Positions 50,900 to 64,000 of a stretch of DNA of 64,000 bases are shown here, piece after piece. The notes under the pieces were generated by a model. That model was not told where the DNA came from. It searched no databases and was given only the letters and a program-made list of their open reading frames with translations. The DNA is taken from assembly GCF_963921235.1 (NCBI RefSeq), contig NC_086097.1, forward strand, positions 37,326,001 to 37,390,000, written 5' to 3'. The stretch comes from Mobula hypostoma (taxonomy: Eukaryota). The number at the start of each line of letters is the position of its first letter. Within the stretch, counting starts at the first letter, position 1. The translations under genes and the position numbers were made by a program.

Positions 50900-51512
50900 A
50901 AGTGGAATGATGTACAGTAGTGCAAGAAGTGTTACTGAGGATTTATAAGACATTGGCCAGACCCCGCTTAGAGTATTTTCGGCCCATTATCTAAGAAAGG
51001 ATGTGCTCGCATGTGAGAGGGGTCGGGGGAGGTTCACGAGAACGATCCCGGGAATGAAAGAGTTAATGTATGAGCGGCCTTTGAAAGCTCTGGGCCTGTA
51101 CTCGCTAGAGTGTAGAATGATGAGAGGGAATCTCATTGAAAGTGACCGAATATTGTAAGGCCTGGATAGAGTGGACGTGAAGAAGAGGTGTCCTATAGTA
51201 GACGAGTCTAGGACCAGAGGGCACAGCCTCAGAATAGAAGGACGAACTTTTAGAACAGAGATGAGGAGGAATTTCTTTAGCCAGAGGGTGGCGAATCTAT
51301 GGAATACATTCCCATAGGCGGTTGTGGAGACCAAGCCATTAGGTCCATTTAAAGCGGAGGTTGATAGGTTCTTGATTAGTAAGGGCGTCAAGAGTTACGG
51401 GGAGAAAGCAGAAGAATGGGGTTGAGAGGGATAACAAATCAGCCACGATGGAATAGCGGTACAGACTTGACGGGCCGAATGGCCCGATTCTGCTCCCATG
51501 TCTTATGGTCTT
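50900..51512 (+). mobile_element. CR1 3' fragment with retained CpGs
   Basis: Homologous to 8030-8608 and to the reverse complement of 519-1036 (RGNLIE, RTRGHSLRIEG, FFSQRVANLWN; tail atgtcttatggtc). Confidence 0.9.
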
Positions 51513-53899
51513 CCGTGATTACCGTCTTCCTGAATTTCTAGTGCATAAACAGTGGAAGTAAAATTGGAGTGGATCCTTAAGATGGCCGAGTGGATAGAAT
51601 TGGACCGGTTGAGGACAATTACCTTGAATTATGCTAATTATTTGCTCTATTGATTCAATAAAAATGGTATTAGTACAGGAGCTTCACTCTCTGCTCGTTT
51701 CCTATACCTCTGGCTAGCTGCAAATGATATTACAAGCGCTGGATTTTGAAATGTGCTGATTATTTTTCTGGATATCTGTCTGCGCCACGGCCGACTCTCT
51801 GGGAACAGAGAGAAATAAGACCGTGCATTTACATAGCGCCTCTTGCTACCTCGGGTTCTCTCGCACTAAAACGTTCGATACGTAGTCGTTGTTGTGATGA
51901 AGACGAGGAGACACGTACAAGTCTCGGCCGGTAGTAGACTGCTTTGGGAGTGGGCGCACCACGGATTTGGAAGATTTACGGTAAGCACTGACTTAGACAG
52001 AGGGTTAAGGATCTGTTCCGGTCCCCAAACAGCTGCCTTGTCAATAAGGATCTGCCACAAGTGGAGACATCCCTGCTGTCAGGACCCAGCCCTACTCCCT
52101 AACTCCATCTCCCACCCTCAGACACTAAAATAAGGAAAGAAAAGCAGTCACCAAGCCACATAGCAGGGCAATGCCTTTTCCCTTCTAATTTTGTATTCTG
52201 ATGAAATCAACAATTCTAAATAAAGACAGCTATCTGACGGATCACTGCCTAATCCCTTTATCAGTCAAACGCGACTTCTTCATTCGAGGCTACCGAGGCG
52301 TCCTGATTATCATTGTAGATAAAGAAGTGTAATTGCATCAGAATTCTTTCAATTAACTTAGAAAGACTAGAGCAGAGAAAAGCCTTTAGGTAATTAAATA
52401 CTACCAATTGTTTTGACTGTTACCCTACCAAAACTGAACTGCTAATCGGAAAAGAAATGTACTGTGTAAATTCTAGCTAAACATTTTGATCTCTGAGATT
52501 AAGAAACTGTTTCTGCGAGTTAGGACTGAAATTACCTTTAATTATGTCTACATTTATTAGCTTTATTTCCTCCGTATATGACCCAAATACTGTAAATGTC
52601 AGAGTTACATTAAATCATAGGGAATAATGGAACGTTGAACTTTAATTTCTGGCACACAGGAAATAGAAATGGTATGTCAATTGATAATGCGTTCACGTTC
52701 ATTACCGTGGCAATGATCAGACCAAGTCAATTAACTTTAGTTCATTTGAAGCATGAATTGTCCGTTCTAATCTGCCGAGTTTGCAGCAAAATGCTTACCT
52801 GTAGTGTGTATCAGGCACGTCGTCGAATATTGCAGAAAAGTCCCAGCACAGAGAAGCAACAGGTCGGAACTCTGCAGAACCAATACAACACCTGAGAATT
52901 CGGAAGACTTCATTCAATCCACTTAACCACCATTCAGTAGAGATATTTCATATGTAGGGCCTATTAATCAGCCGCACAATCTAAGAACTAGGAGAACATT
53001 TTTTACAGAAGAACTTTTCCGCTGAAAACTGTCTAACCAGTCAAATGGTTTGATGTGTGTCTTCCTTTGTTTTTGCTGCGCAGAAGCCGGATTTGATGCA
53101 GTTTACGATACTTAATCGATAGACCTTTATGAGAGGCATATTGAATAAGAGGTAAAGTATTCGGAAATATATTGTCTATTTCCCTTTCCCAAATGACTTG
53201 AATGAAGCTGATCAATTTTAGATGGTTCCAAAAAAACTCACCCGTGATTACATCACTTGAATTACATTGTTACTCACAAAAAAACTCGTTTCCAATTGCT
53301 TCAAAAGAAAAGCAGTTCCGCTGTAAGAGTAAATGGGAAGATGTAAAATGTGATTGCCGTTGTACCTTTGCCCCGCACAACCGCTCCATTGGGAAAGCGA
53401 GCAGGCAGCACGAAGGTCTCAATGAATTCATGTTGGAAGATTGTATTCCTTATGTCGCTGCAGCAAGAAATGTGCGTGTACAATACTCGGAGTCGACTTA
53501 CCACCACCAACCCACACCTAGAGCAAAGCAGTCAGACAAAGATGTGCGCCATTGACCAGCTGGCGTCTTATACCTTTGTCTTGAGGTTTCAATTTATTTT
53601 CTAGTGGGAAATGCTAAGATTTGATGACAATGGTCAAACAAATTTAAGGATTTTGTCCTAGATTATTTGCTACACGTTCCGCAGGGTTCCTCGGTTCTAA
53701 ATCGCTGTCTTTAAAAAAAAAGTAAGATCATCGTCCTTTTTTTTAAAAAAACTTAACAGTTGATGATTTAAAAATGTGGGATGAGTGAATCACGAATTAA
53801 TTATGCATTTGCGACTACATTAAGAAAAAATTATAGGCGGAAGTTTGAGTCTTGGGGAGAATACATGAACTTGTTCAAAAAGGCGAAATTTAATTGATT

Positions 53900-54090
53900 T
53901 GTGTATAAAGCCGGCCAATCCCGCAGGTGACATTTGAGAGGCTCTCGTATTTCAGACCCTGACGTGTTCTCCAGAGTCCTTCATTTAGGAAAACTTTGCT
54001 CTTGTCTCTTGCAAATGGTAGGAGGGATGTGCAGCCAATCAGCGGCGATTCATCGCTATTAATGCGCACTTACAAGGATGGGAACACACT
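53900..54090 (+). promoter_or_regulatory. Putative SIX1 core promoter
   Basis: CCAAT boxes at 53915 (GGCCAATC) and 54035 (AGCCAATCAG), TATA-like TATTAA at 54057, then ~160 nt of ATG-free CpG-rich leader before the start codon. Confidence 0.55.
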
Positions 54091-54242
54091 GCTGCCGCCA
54101 GCACCGATCACCAGCGCGTGAGAGATCAGCCGCTGGATATCGGCGACTGACTTGGATCTGTTAACCCTTGCTGGCCACTGCGACTGTTTTTTTTCTGCGT
54201 GTGGCGATCTGATTGCGGATACTACGCCCTGATTCTAAGTGA

Positions 54243-55910
<1,668 letters not shown>

Positions 55911-56214
55911 GGAGAACAACGAAAACACGAATTCTTCTGGCAATAAGCAGAACCAGTTGTCCCCTATCAATCGTAGTAAGAACCTGATGTCTAGTTCGGA
56001 CGAGGAGTTATCACCGCCGCAAAGTCCTGACCATTGCACGGGCAGCCCCGTGTTACTGCTGCCCGGGACTCTGAACCAATCTGTGGATTCCAGCTTCTCT
56101 CTTCACGGCCTCAGCTCTTCGCCAGGAGGCCACGCCGGCTCAATCCATCCGCATGGACTGCAGGACACTCTTCTGGGCACTCTCACATCTAGTCTGGTCG
56201 ACCTGGGATCGTAA
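55911..56214 (+). CDS. SIX1: SIX homeobox 1, coding exon 2 (C-terminal region)
   Basis: Acceptor tttcctgttccaatag|G at 55910/55911 completes the AG+G Arg codon in phase. Continues [18 protein letters not shown]...[15 protein letters not shown]...[21 protein letters not shown], matching the SIX1 C-terminus ([10 protein letters not shown]) rather than SIX2. Spliced product is 287 aa. Confidence 0.95.
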
Positions 56215-56629
56215 AAAGAACCCGCCGCTGGATAGTCCAAGTATGAACTGAACAGACACTCCTGTACTGTGCTGTGTAAATAATTTAACAGCCTTGTCGA
56301 AGTTATGGATTTTCAACTGATGGTCCTTAATCTGTGAAACAAACGAGATTCTCGCCTTTACCAAAACAAAATCTTCGTAAACTGCTGAGAGGCTTAACAT
56401 TTCACTCAATGCTTTTCAAATCCCGATGCTCTTCCACTGCACAAAGGGCCTTGCAAATGAAGTTAACACGCGGGTCCACCAATTCTCTTGCTGGCAGGTT
56501 CGAACATCTGTCAGAGTCCAACCTGGATTACATCCCGTTTTCGATCTCTACGTTCCTTGAGATTCTTGACCGATCGCGAATCTGAAATGAAACGTCGAAT
56601 AGGGGAAACAGTCTGTAATTGAGGTAACC

Positions 56630-56631
<2 letters not shown>

Positions 56632-56664
<33 letters not shown>
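56632..56664. repeat. (AG)n microsatellite in putative SIX1 3' UTR
   Basis: Uninterrupted AG dinucleotide run. Confidence 0.95.
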
Positions 56665-56667
<3 letters not shown>

Positions 56668-56763
56668 CACCCCATTTAACCCATGCAAAGTCCTGGCACA
56701 GAGGCGATTCGAAGTTTACATTTTCACCAGTGGTGTATGGAGAGTTACGTGGAAATAGTTTAT

Positions 56764-56769
56764 AATAAA
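56764..56769 (+). terminator. Candidate polyadenylation signal of SIX1
   Basis: First AATAAA noticed after the stop codon, with U/GU-rich sequence downstream (tatgttgtctccttatttt). Alternative signals at 57571 (ATTAAA) and 58344 (AATAAA). Confidence 0.35.
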
Positions 56770-59700
56770 ATCAAAAGATGTGAAAAGCGCGTGCTTATGT
56801 TGTCTCCTTATTTTAATTCTTTTTTTAAGAAATTTCAGCTTTTCTTTCTAGAAAATAATGCTTGAAACAGTTACTGGATCTACAATGCTGTCGGTCGCAC
56901 TCAGAGGAATGAAGCCTTCGGTTAAAAAAAAGTGGCCAAGGCGACTCGGCGATTTGTACCCGGCGTTTGCGTTGTCCCATTTCACGCTACAAGTTTCCCT
57001 CATACAATATCACAGTGAGTAACCGCTGTATTATTCTTAGAATTTAGCAACTAAACGATTACATGAGTTTCTCACCAGTCAAATTAGCGGCTCGCCTCCA
57101 AAGAGCAAGTTTTTGCCCTACAGCTAAAGCAGGGGACCGATTTAGCTGGGCCACAATTATTCGGCATTTTCCGAGTGCACTTTCTGTGAGTACTTATTTA
57201 TTTTGGTTTTGGACTTGCTCTGTAGAATGCTAAGGGTATGGCCCAGAAAATAATGTTTAATGAAGCGAATGATTTCGTTTCTACGGTTTGGTTTGTAACA
57301 AATCCGCCGCAAAAAAAAAGAAAGATTACCTAAACTGCTAAAATCGTGTCATCTTGTTTTATTGCCTCCTTTCCCCACCCTCGAGTCCTTCTCCCTAAAG
57401 ATGAAATTCGATCCCCATCCTATCAGCTTTGTTCTACTTATTTTACATAGCGCAGCAGAAATTACAATACTATCGCTTTATCGATCATTACAATATTATC
57501 GGTTTTTTTCGGATACTAACGATGTTCTTTAATATTAATAATCCATACCACTGTTTGTGAAGACTCTCAAATTAAACCTTTACCCAATTCGACATTCTAC
57601 ACTATATATCACTGTCAGGTTGCTGGAGATAATACATTTTTACTATTACGTGTCCTCGAGGCCTTTAAATATTGTGCAGGGGAATGGCACAGACTAAAAC
57701 GGTACACGCCCCAACTTCCGGTAAAATCAATAATCCAGATTTGTATCAAATTCATATCTGCAGGTTCTCTAGTACTTTGTTCGTATGTCGTGTTCCTAAT
57801 GCACTTTGATAGTATGTAGTTATGGTTTACTGAACATTGTAGAATGTTTATTCTGTGAGTTTCGGGCCATGGAGATCTCGCCCCCTCTGGAGGCCAGACG
57901 TACACTCGGGATTGACGTATTTCAGCCTGAACTCTCGTTTAAAACAAATAATCGCCTTGGAAGAGGATTTAATTGAAACATGAGTCCTTCCAGGTTTTAC
58001 CTGAGATCGAAAGGGAGTTTCAGCTTTTATTGCACTGCGTTCAGATGAAAACGCGCAGCTGACTGGGCATGCGCACCCTCTTCTCCTTTTCTGATGCTCA
58101 GTACAGTATAAGGAGAAAGAGAATAGCCGAGCGGCTGTGATCGACTGCATCATTTCATGAGAGACCGGGACAGAATGGTTGTGATGACATTTTATGGTAA
58201 CTTTAGTAAGTGGTTTAGGAGGACCAAACTTTTATTTTCTAAAGACAAAGCCCTTTAACATTTAGAGGTCATAATAATTAAGACATTTTACGGAAATATA
58301 TATATATATATGTTTTTTAAAAAAGCTATAGCTATTAAAACAGAATAAAAATTCTCCATAGCTGAATTTTCTGTTTATTCCGTTTCGTAGAATGTAGGTT
58401 AAGGAAATTATGTGTATTGTTTTACGTTTTGTAAGTTTATGAAGGAAGGCTTATTGGAGACTTGTTTACATTATATTTTCACCAAGCTAATTAACACAGA
58501 TACCCTACTTTGGTCTAGTTAGATAAAGCAACCCGGTGGGCCGGATTTCATCAAAATACAAGTTAGCAATTCGAGACAGAATATTTTCGACAAATGGCGA
58601 CTGCCGTTACTAAACACGTTGAAGATCTTCAAATCTACTCCTCATACATCTTGTACCTTAGCATGGTATTTGTGAAGAGAATGCAGCATCATCACGGTCT
58701 GCCCATTGATGACTTTGATCTTGCTGCACTTCGGACGTTTTATTTTCAGTAATTTTAAAATAGCAGCTCAATCGACAAGCGCCCCATACCCCAATGGTTA
58801 CGAAAGACGTTCGGTTTTGGTCGGGGTTTCTTCTAAATGTAAAATAAACACACGACTGGCCTCCAGACACTTTTAGCTGGAAACTAAAAAGGCCTTCTAT
58901 GAGATGAGGGTAATTGTTTTGAACAGCTCCAGTTTGGAGAGAACTGAGGATTTCCTGGAGTTAATGTGAACCAGCCGCTGGCTGGACTGGCGCTTGCTGA
59001 ATGTGGAGCAGATTTTGGCAAATATTACAGAGATTCAATTCAGTCTTTTGTGTTTTTAGAAGCACCTCGGCACTGATTTCAAATTTGTTTTCTTTACATT
59101 TTAAGCGTGCTCACAAAACTAGGTTCTTTATTTAAATCCGCAACAGAGGTTATGTTTTTACTATAACCCGAAGTCCTGTCCTTTATCAGAACTAACAAGA
59201 ATCCTGCAGCTAAACGAATTAAAATGAAATATTTTCCACTCTACAGTCCATTCCTTAACTTTAACAGAAGAGAGTTGATTCCTTGGTTGGAATCAATCAG
59301 ATTGACAGACTTCGCATATTTTCCCGCAGATTGGCTTGGATCATACCTAGCCATGGTTTGAATTATCAGAAAAGTATAAAAGGCTGTTTGAAATGGGAAA
59401 CGGTGCCAACGTAGAATGTCGAAGTACTCCTTAGCAAAAAAAACGCTTAAAGAAAATGTGTTTGATTAATGTAAATCAGTCTTGACGTAGCCTATATGTC
59501 TCGTCAAATTATAATTTTTTTTAAAAATTGGGAGGAAGTCCTTCGAAATTAGGAGCAAGCGATCGATACAATTCAAACTAATTTTCAGCCGGACCTCCAA
59601 TGCAGCATTCGAATTGCAATTGCACAAAATAGTTCCCAAATTATATTGTTTTCTGTGAACAGAATACAGCAAGGTTCAAATGACATCACAGAGAAGCTGG

Positions 59701-61821
59701 CCAGGTCAAAGAAACATTGTGCTCAGTGAGGACACTGGTCTAATTAAACGCTTGGCGTGTTTTTTTTAACGCGATAGCTTTTAATATATTTATATTTAAT
59801 AATATAAGTTCACAAATCTCCCGTGCCCGATGTATTAAATTAAATTCATATTTTTCAGATGTCAGCAAATATTTATGTACTTGAACATCCCGACTATTGA
59901 ATTGGGTAACAGATTTTCATAACTCTAGGCAACATACGTCGTCAACCAGCTCACAAAATGAATTTACAAAAGGACAATAATTAACTATCATTTTGTTTCT
60001 GAGTTACATTAATGGATCTCCCGTGGAGGCGCTCATTGGCATTTGGGGGTCATGTACTCTACCTAGGTGACATTCACTACGTTGGTTTGTAGAAAGACGT
60101 TAATTATCTCGGAAGGGCTGCATTTGTCCGATAGGATGGGCAGGACAACAAGCGCCGCCGGGGCAGGATTTGAGTCTAAAAATTAATGTGTCAAATTGGT
60201 TAAGTTGGTGCATCCTATCAGATGTCTTGCGCAATACGATTGTGGGGGATTCATTACCACGGAAGCAATAGTCAAGGTGTATGTTATTGCTATTTTTTTC
60301 ACTGACCACTTCTTCCAACTGCCTTAGTTCGGTTACTGCATGTCTGTATTAGTGAATAGTCATGCAAAATTTAACCTATTAGGAAAATTAAACGTCTAAC
60401 TTTTTGAGGATTAAATGTGATAAACGTTCAGAGTAAATTTGCGAAATGACTTGCATGGCAGACATTAATTTAAGTAAAAACATTGACATAGTTTTTGTAA
60501 AAAAACTAATGCATAGTTATGTATATCATAACTCGATACTTTGGAGCGTTTAACGAGTATGAACACGTCACAGGCAAGCAAATTAAGCGAGCGCGTTATG
60601 CACGATTAGGTAGGAGGGTAACGGCTTCGTATTAACCATTGAGATAGGACTCTTCGGGGAAAAAGATAACATTCTTTGCTTGTTTTATTAGATCAGTTAC
60701 TACTGTGTATTTCTTCAATAATACTTGTCCAATAAATGATGACACACTCCATTTCTAAATATTAATCGACAACGTTGGTTCAGTTTGTGTGAGATAGAAG
60801 CCAGACGGGAGGCCGCTCGACCCTTTGTGCGGTCGGTTTGTCAGGAACAAGCTGTTAGCGTTAGGGCCATCTTTATTCATTAGCCTGAAAAATATATATA
60901 AAAAACATTCCTTTCAAAAAATCTGCAAACACTGAATGCATTGAACGAAATATGTTCTTTATATGGGTAGAATGCTCCCGTTTATGAAGAAAATTGTCCA
61001 TATGAAGGCGTTGAACGGGTGATTTATGATATATGTTGAAAAATTAGGTGAGCAGTGTTTTAAAGGGCAGCCGCAATGCAGCCTGTGACAACCAGATTAT
61101 TATGATACCGGCATTGCCACTTAACCGCCTCGTTATAAAACGAACGGCTTAGTTGACTTTAGTACATTTTTTTGTTGTTTTAAAGGGAGGGCAAGGGGAA
61201 TTAATTTAGTTAGATTCCATTGCTGCAGCTTCAAACCCGTAATAAAACAACCGAGGCACTGCAGCTCTAAAATTAGTGATGTTCCTTCCTGTATCAGTAA
61301 CGGATGAGTGCCTTGTCCAGAGCAGGTTATTTCTATCTATCCTTGGCTGCAGCCATTTAAAGATTCTCCACCGCCACATACTTGCCAATACAATTCACTG
61401 ACGAGTGCCTACAGATCTCTGGCAACCCTAACTATACCGCCCGAAGGTTAAGGAGAACAACACAGTCCTTCCGACCACCGTCACCCCGTCCTCCACCAGC
61501 ACTCTCGCCCCTAGAATCAGGCTGTCTTACAGGGTATTAACTGGGACATTGTCCCATTGCTGCAAATGCATCACTGAAAACGTATTCGCGTCACCATTGT
61601 ACACCCCATGGTTTAGTAGGGAGGTGAATTGGTCGTGTGATTTCTTCCTGCAATATCTTCTCAAAGCCGCGTTGTTTCCAAAATATCAGGTGGTCGCGGA
61701 AGCGTTTTATAGGTATGTTTTTGTTGCTCGTGATAAAATCAGAATAGAAGTGACGTATTTTTAAATAACAGACAAAAATGAAACTGGTTCTCATTTCTTA
61801 TCAGCAACCTCGGCTTGAGTA

Positions 61822-62065
61822 ATTAGAAGAGCAGCACGGAACAGAAAAAGGCCATTCAGTCCATCTAGTCCGTGCCCTGTCCCGTCGGTCCATATGAGCA
61901 CCCCTTCCCATTCATGTACCTATCCAAGTTTCTCCTAAATGTTGAAAATGAATTCGCATCCTTCATTTCTGCTCGCAGCTCGTTCCACACTCTCACTATC
62001 CTCTGATTGAAGAAGTTTCCCATCATGTTCCCCTTAAACATTTAACATTTCACCCTTAACCCATT
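61822..62065 (-). mobile_element. CR1 3' end fragment
   Basis: cagcacggaacag..aggccattcagtccatctagtccgtgcc tail and gcagctcgttccacactctcac...gaagaagtt (reverse of NFF.QR.V.VWNEL). Confidence 0.7.
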
Positions 62066-64000
62066 CGAAAATGTATATATCCGGCCCTTTTCAATACCTT
62101 CCAAATTAACGACTACCTGCATTCCCCTGTAGTGATGTGGATGCTATGTGCACTTCAAGATGTTCCGTCTCCCTGAAGGTGCCAGTGAAGTACGAAGAAC
62201 TCGAAATGACCAGATCAGCACCACACATCAGAGTCCCGGCTAGACATGTCTTTATTGATAAAACCCAGTTTAGCCCTTTTTTTTTGTTGCAAAATTGCTT
62301 CCTATTCGGGTTGTGAAGAGACAGGCCATGCACATACCAATAGGGAAGAAATGTATTTGCTTTTTAAAATCCGCATTAAATGAAAATGCGCGGTTAGGAA
62401 GGACGAGGATGGTGGCTGGGTGCTGTTGGAGAAACTTCCCGTTTCACCACGTTTTCACCACGGGGTATCAACATGGGCGCAGTTTCCCGTTCTTTTACTT
62501 TATGTAATTGAAATATCGATTTTTTTTAATGCAAGAGCCGTGAGAAAGCTGAAATTCGAGGCGAGATGGTACCGCAGAGAGGCACAAGAGTGCAGAACAG
62601 CTTCGAATGTCAAGTAGCTACAAAAGCAATTCTCTCAGGAGCAAAGTAACCGGAATGCGCGAAAAACTAAATTTCTCCTAATCCCCATTTGTACTTGCAG
62701 CTCCCGAGAATGGGATGAAAGGGGAATTGGCTCAGATATGGCCACTTCAAATTCAAGCATCGAGCTGAAATGTCCATTCGGGAGGAGAACTTAATGAACC
62801 AAGACAACCAAGAAACAAATAGCACCAGACCTTGGGTTAGTGGGCCTGCCTTCCCGAAAGCCCATGTACTAAGCATATGGTGAACTGCTCAGCGGAATTT
62901 GACAGAAACATAGCCGGATTATATACCCTGACGGAGTACTCGCCCTCAACCTCCAAAAGAAACACGGACGCACTCAGTAGGGAGGAGGCTGGTATTACTT
63001 AAGACGTATTTTTAAATTTAGCAGTGAGTCGTAACGAGCACAATATTTACCGGCGACGGCAAGCTCTTCAAAAATGCATTCATTAACGGCCGGCTACGGC
63101 AGTATATTTTATCTAAACATTTTAAGGGAAAGTAGGTGGTGTTATTCAATGTTATTAGTTGTTATGCAACTTCATTTTATTTCAATGGTAATTTGCCGAG
63201 GTTCCGACATCAGACGGGGGAAAATATCCTTACACCTAGATGCTGCAATATATATTGCAGTTCCTATTAGACTTTTCTAAATTAGTTTCAGATACCCTGT
63301 CTGAGATCTCTATATATGTATGTTCTCTTGCTTCAATATTTTAAAATACTGCAGTTCTTATGATTAAATATCGCCTCCCCTCCCCCCTCCAATTTACTTG
63401 AAACCAGCGTTGCTTGTGAGACCCACAGTCGCCCGGGAGATCTTAATTCCAAAATCGCAAAACCTCACATGGAACGTATATCTACTTTAATATTGGTTCG
63501 GGAATAAAGGGTAATGCTGATGATAAATGTAATTTTATACACATTTAATTTGCCATCATTTAATTATAAATTTTTCGTAATAACTGCCAAATAATTTCCA
63601 AATCCCCGGGTCGAACAGATCTGAACGCTACTGGGAAGGAAAGTTTGAAAGTCGATGTAACTGTCTTGCTGACAATTTCTTTTACCGGTTTCCAACTGGA
63701 TTAAACCAATAAATTTAATACTTAATTTCGATTTGGCAGGAATTAAACAAGCAGTAGCTGTTTAAAACAAGATTTCGTACGTTAGAAATACAAAGAATCC
63801 ATCTTATTCCGGGCGCGGGGGTGTGGTGTGTGCGTGGAAATGCCTTCTTATGTATAATATCACATTTAAAGGACAGATGAAATTAAAAATGAAGGAAGTT
63901 ACTGATTGTATACGAAGCTTTTGTCGGAGACTCCAGTATTTTTGTTTGATCACAGTTCGGATCAGCGAACGGGACGTTGAAATTACAGGTTTAAGGCCAG

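Overview
Eukaryotic (vertebrate) genomic DNA. The repeat landscape suggests a cartilaginous fish, probably a ray/batoid; this is an inference. The only host gene is a complete two-exon SIX1 on the + strand (CDS 54246-54805 + 55911-56214, 287 aa). It lies in a CpG-rich, transposon-poor domain running from about 47.5 kb to the end of the window. The first ~47 kb is an intergenic graveyard of nested transposons: CR1 LINEs of several ages (two near-identical young copies in inverted orientation), Rex1/Babar LINEs, an R4/Dong-clade element in a (TAA)n tract, RTE remnants, tRNA-derived SINEs, Tc1, mariner and hAT derivatives, and Penelope-like element (PLE) derivatives. The most notable observations are: (i) a 188-bp fold-back PLE-derived insertion with a 14-bp target-site duplication (TSD) whose loop holds an intact minimal hammerhead ribozyme core; (ii) a CR1 copy near SIX1 that keeps CpGs its sister copy has lost, suggesting long-term germline hypomethylation; (iii) a palindromic mariner MITE with nested terminal inverted repeats (TIRs); (iv) three-tier nesting Rex1 > Dong > CR1; (v) candidate SIX1 enhancers, including two perfect MEF3 sites. 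I found no evidence for a wholly new protein-coding system. Repeat-family calls and boundaries were made by eye and are approximate unless a TSD is quoted.
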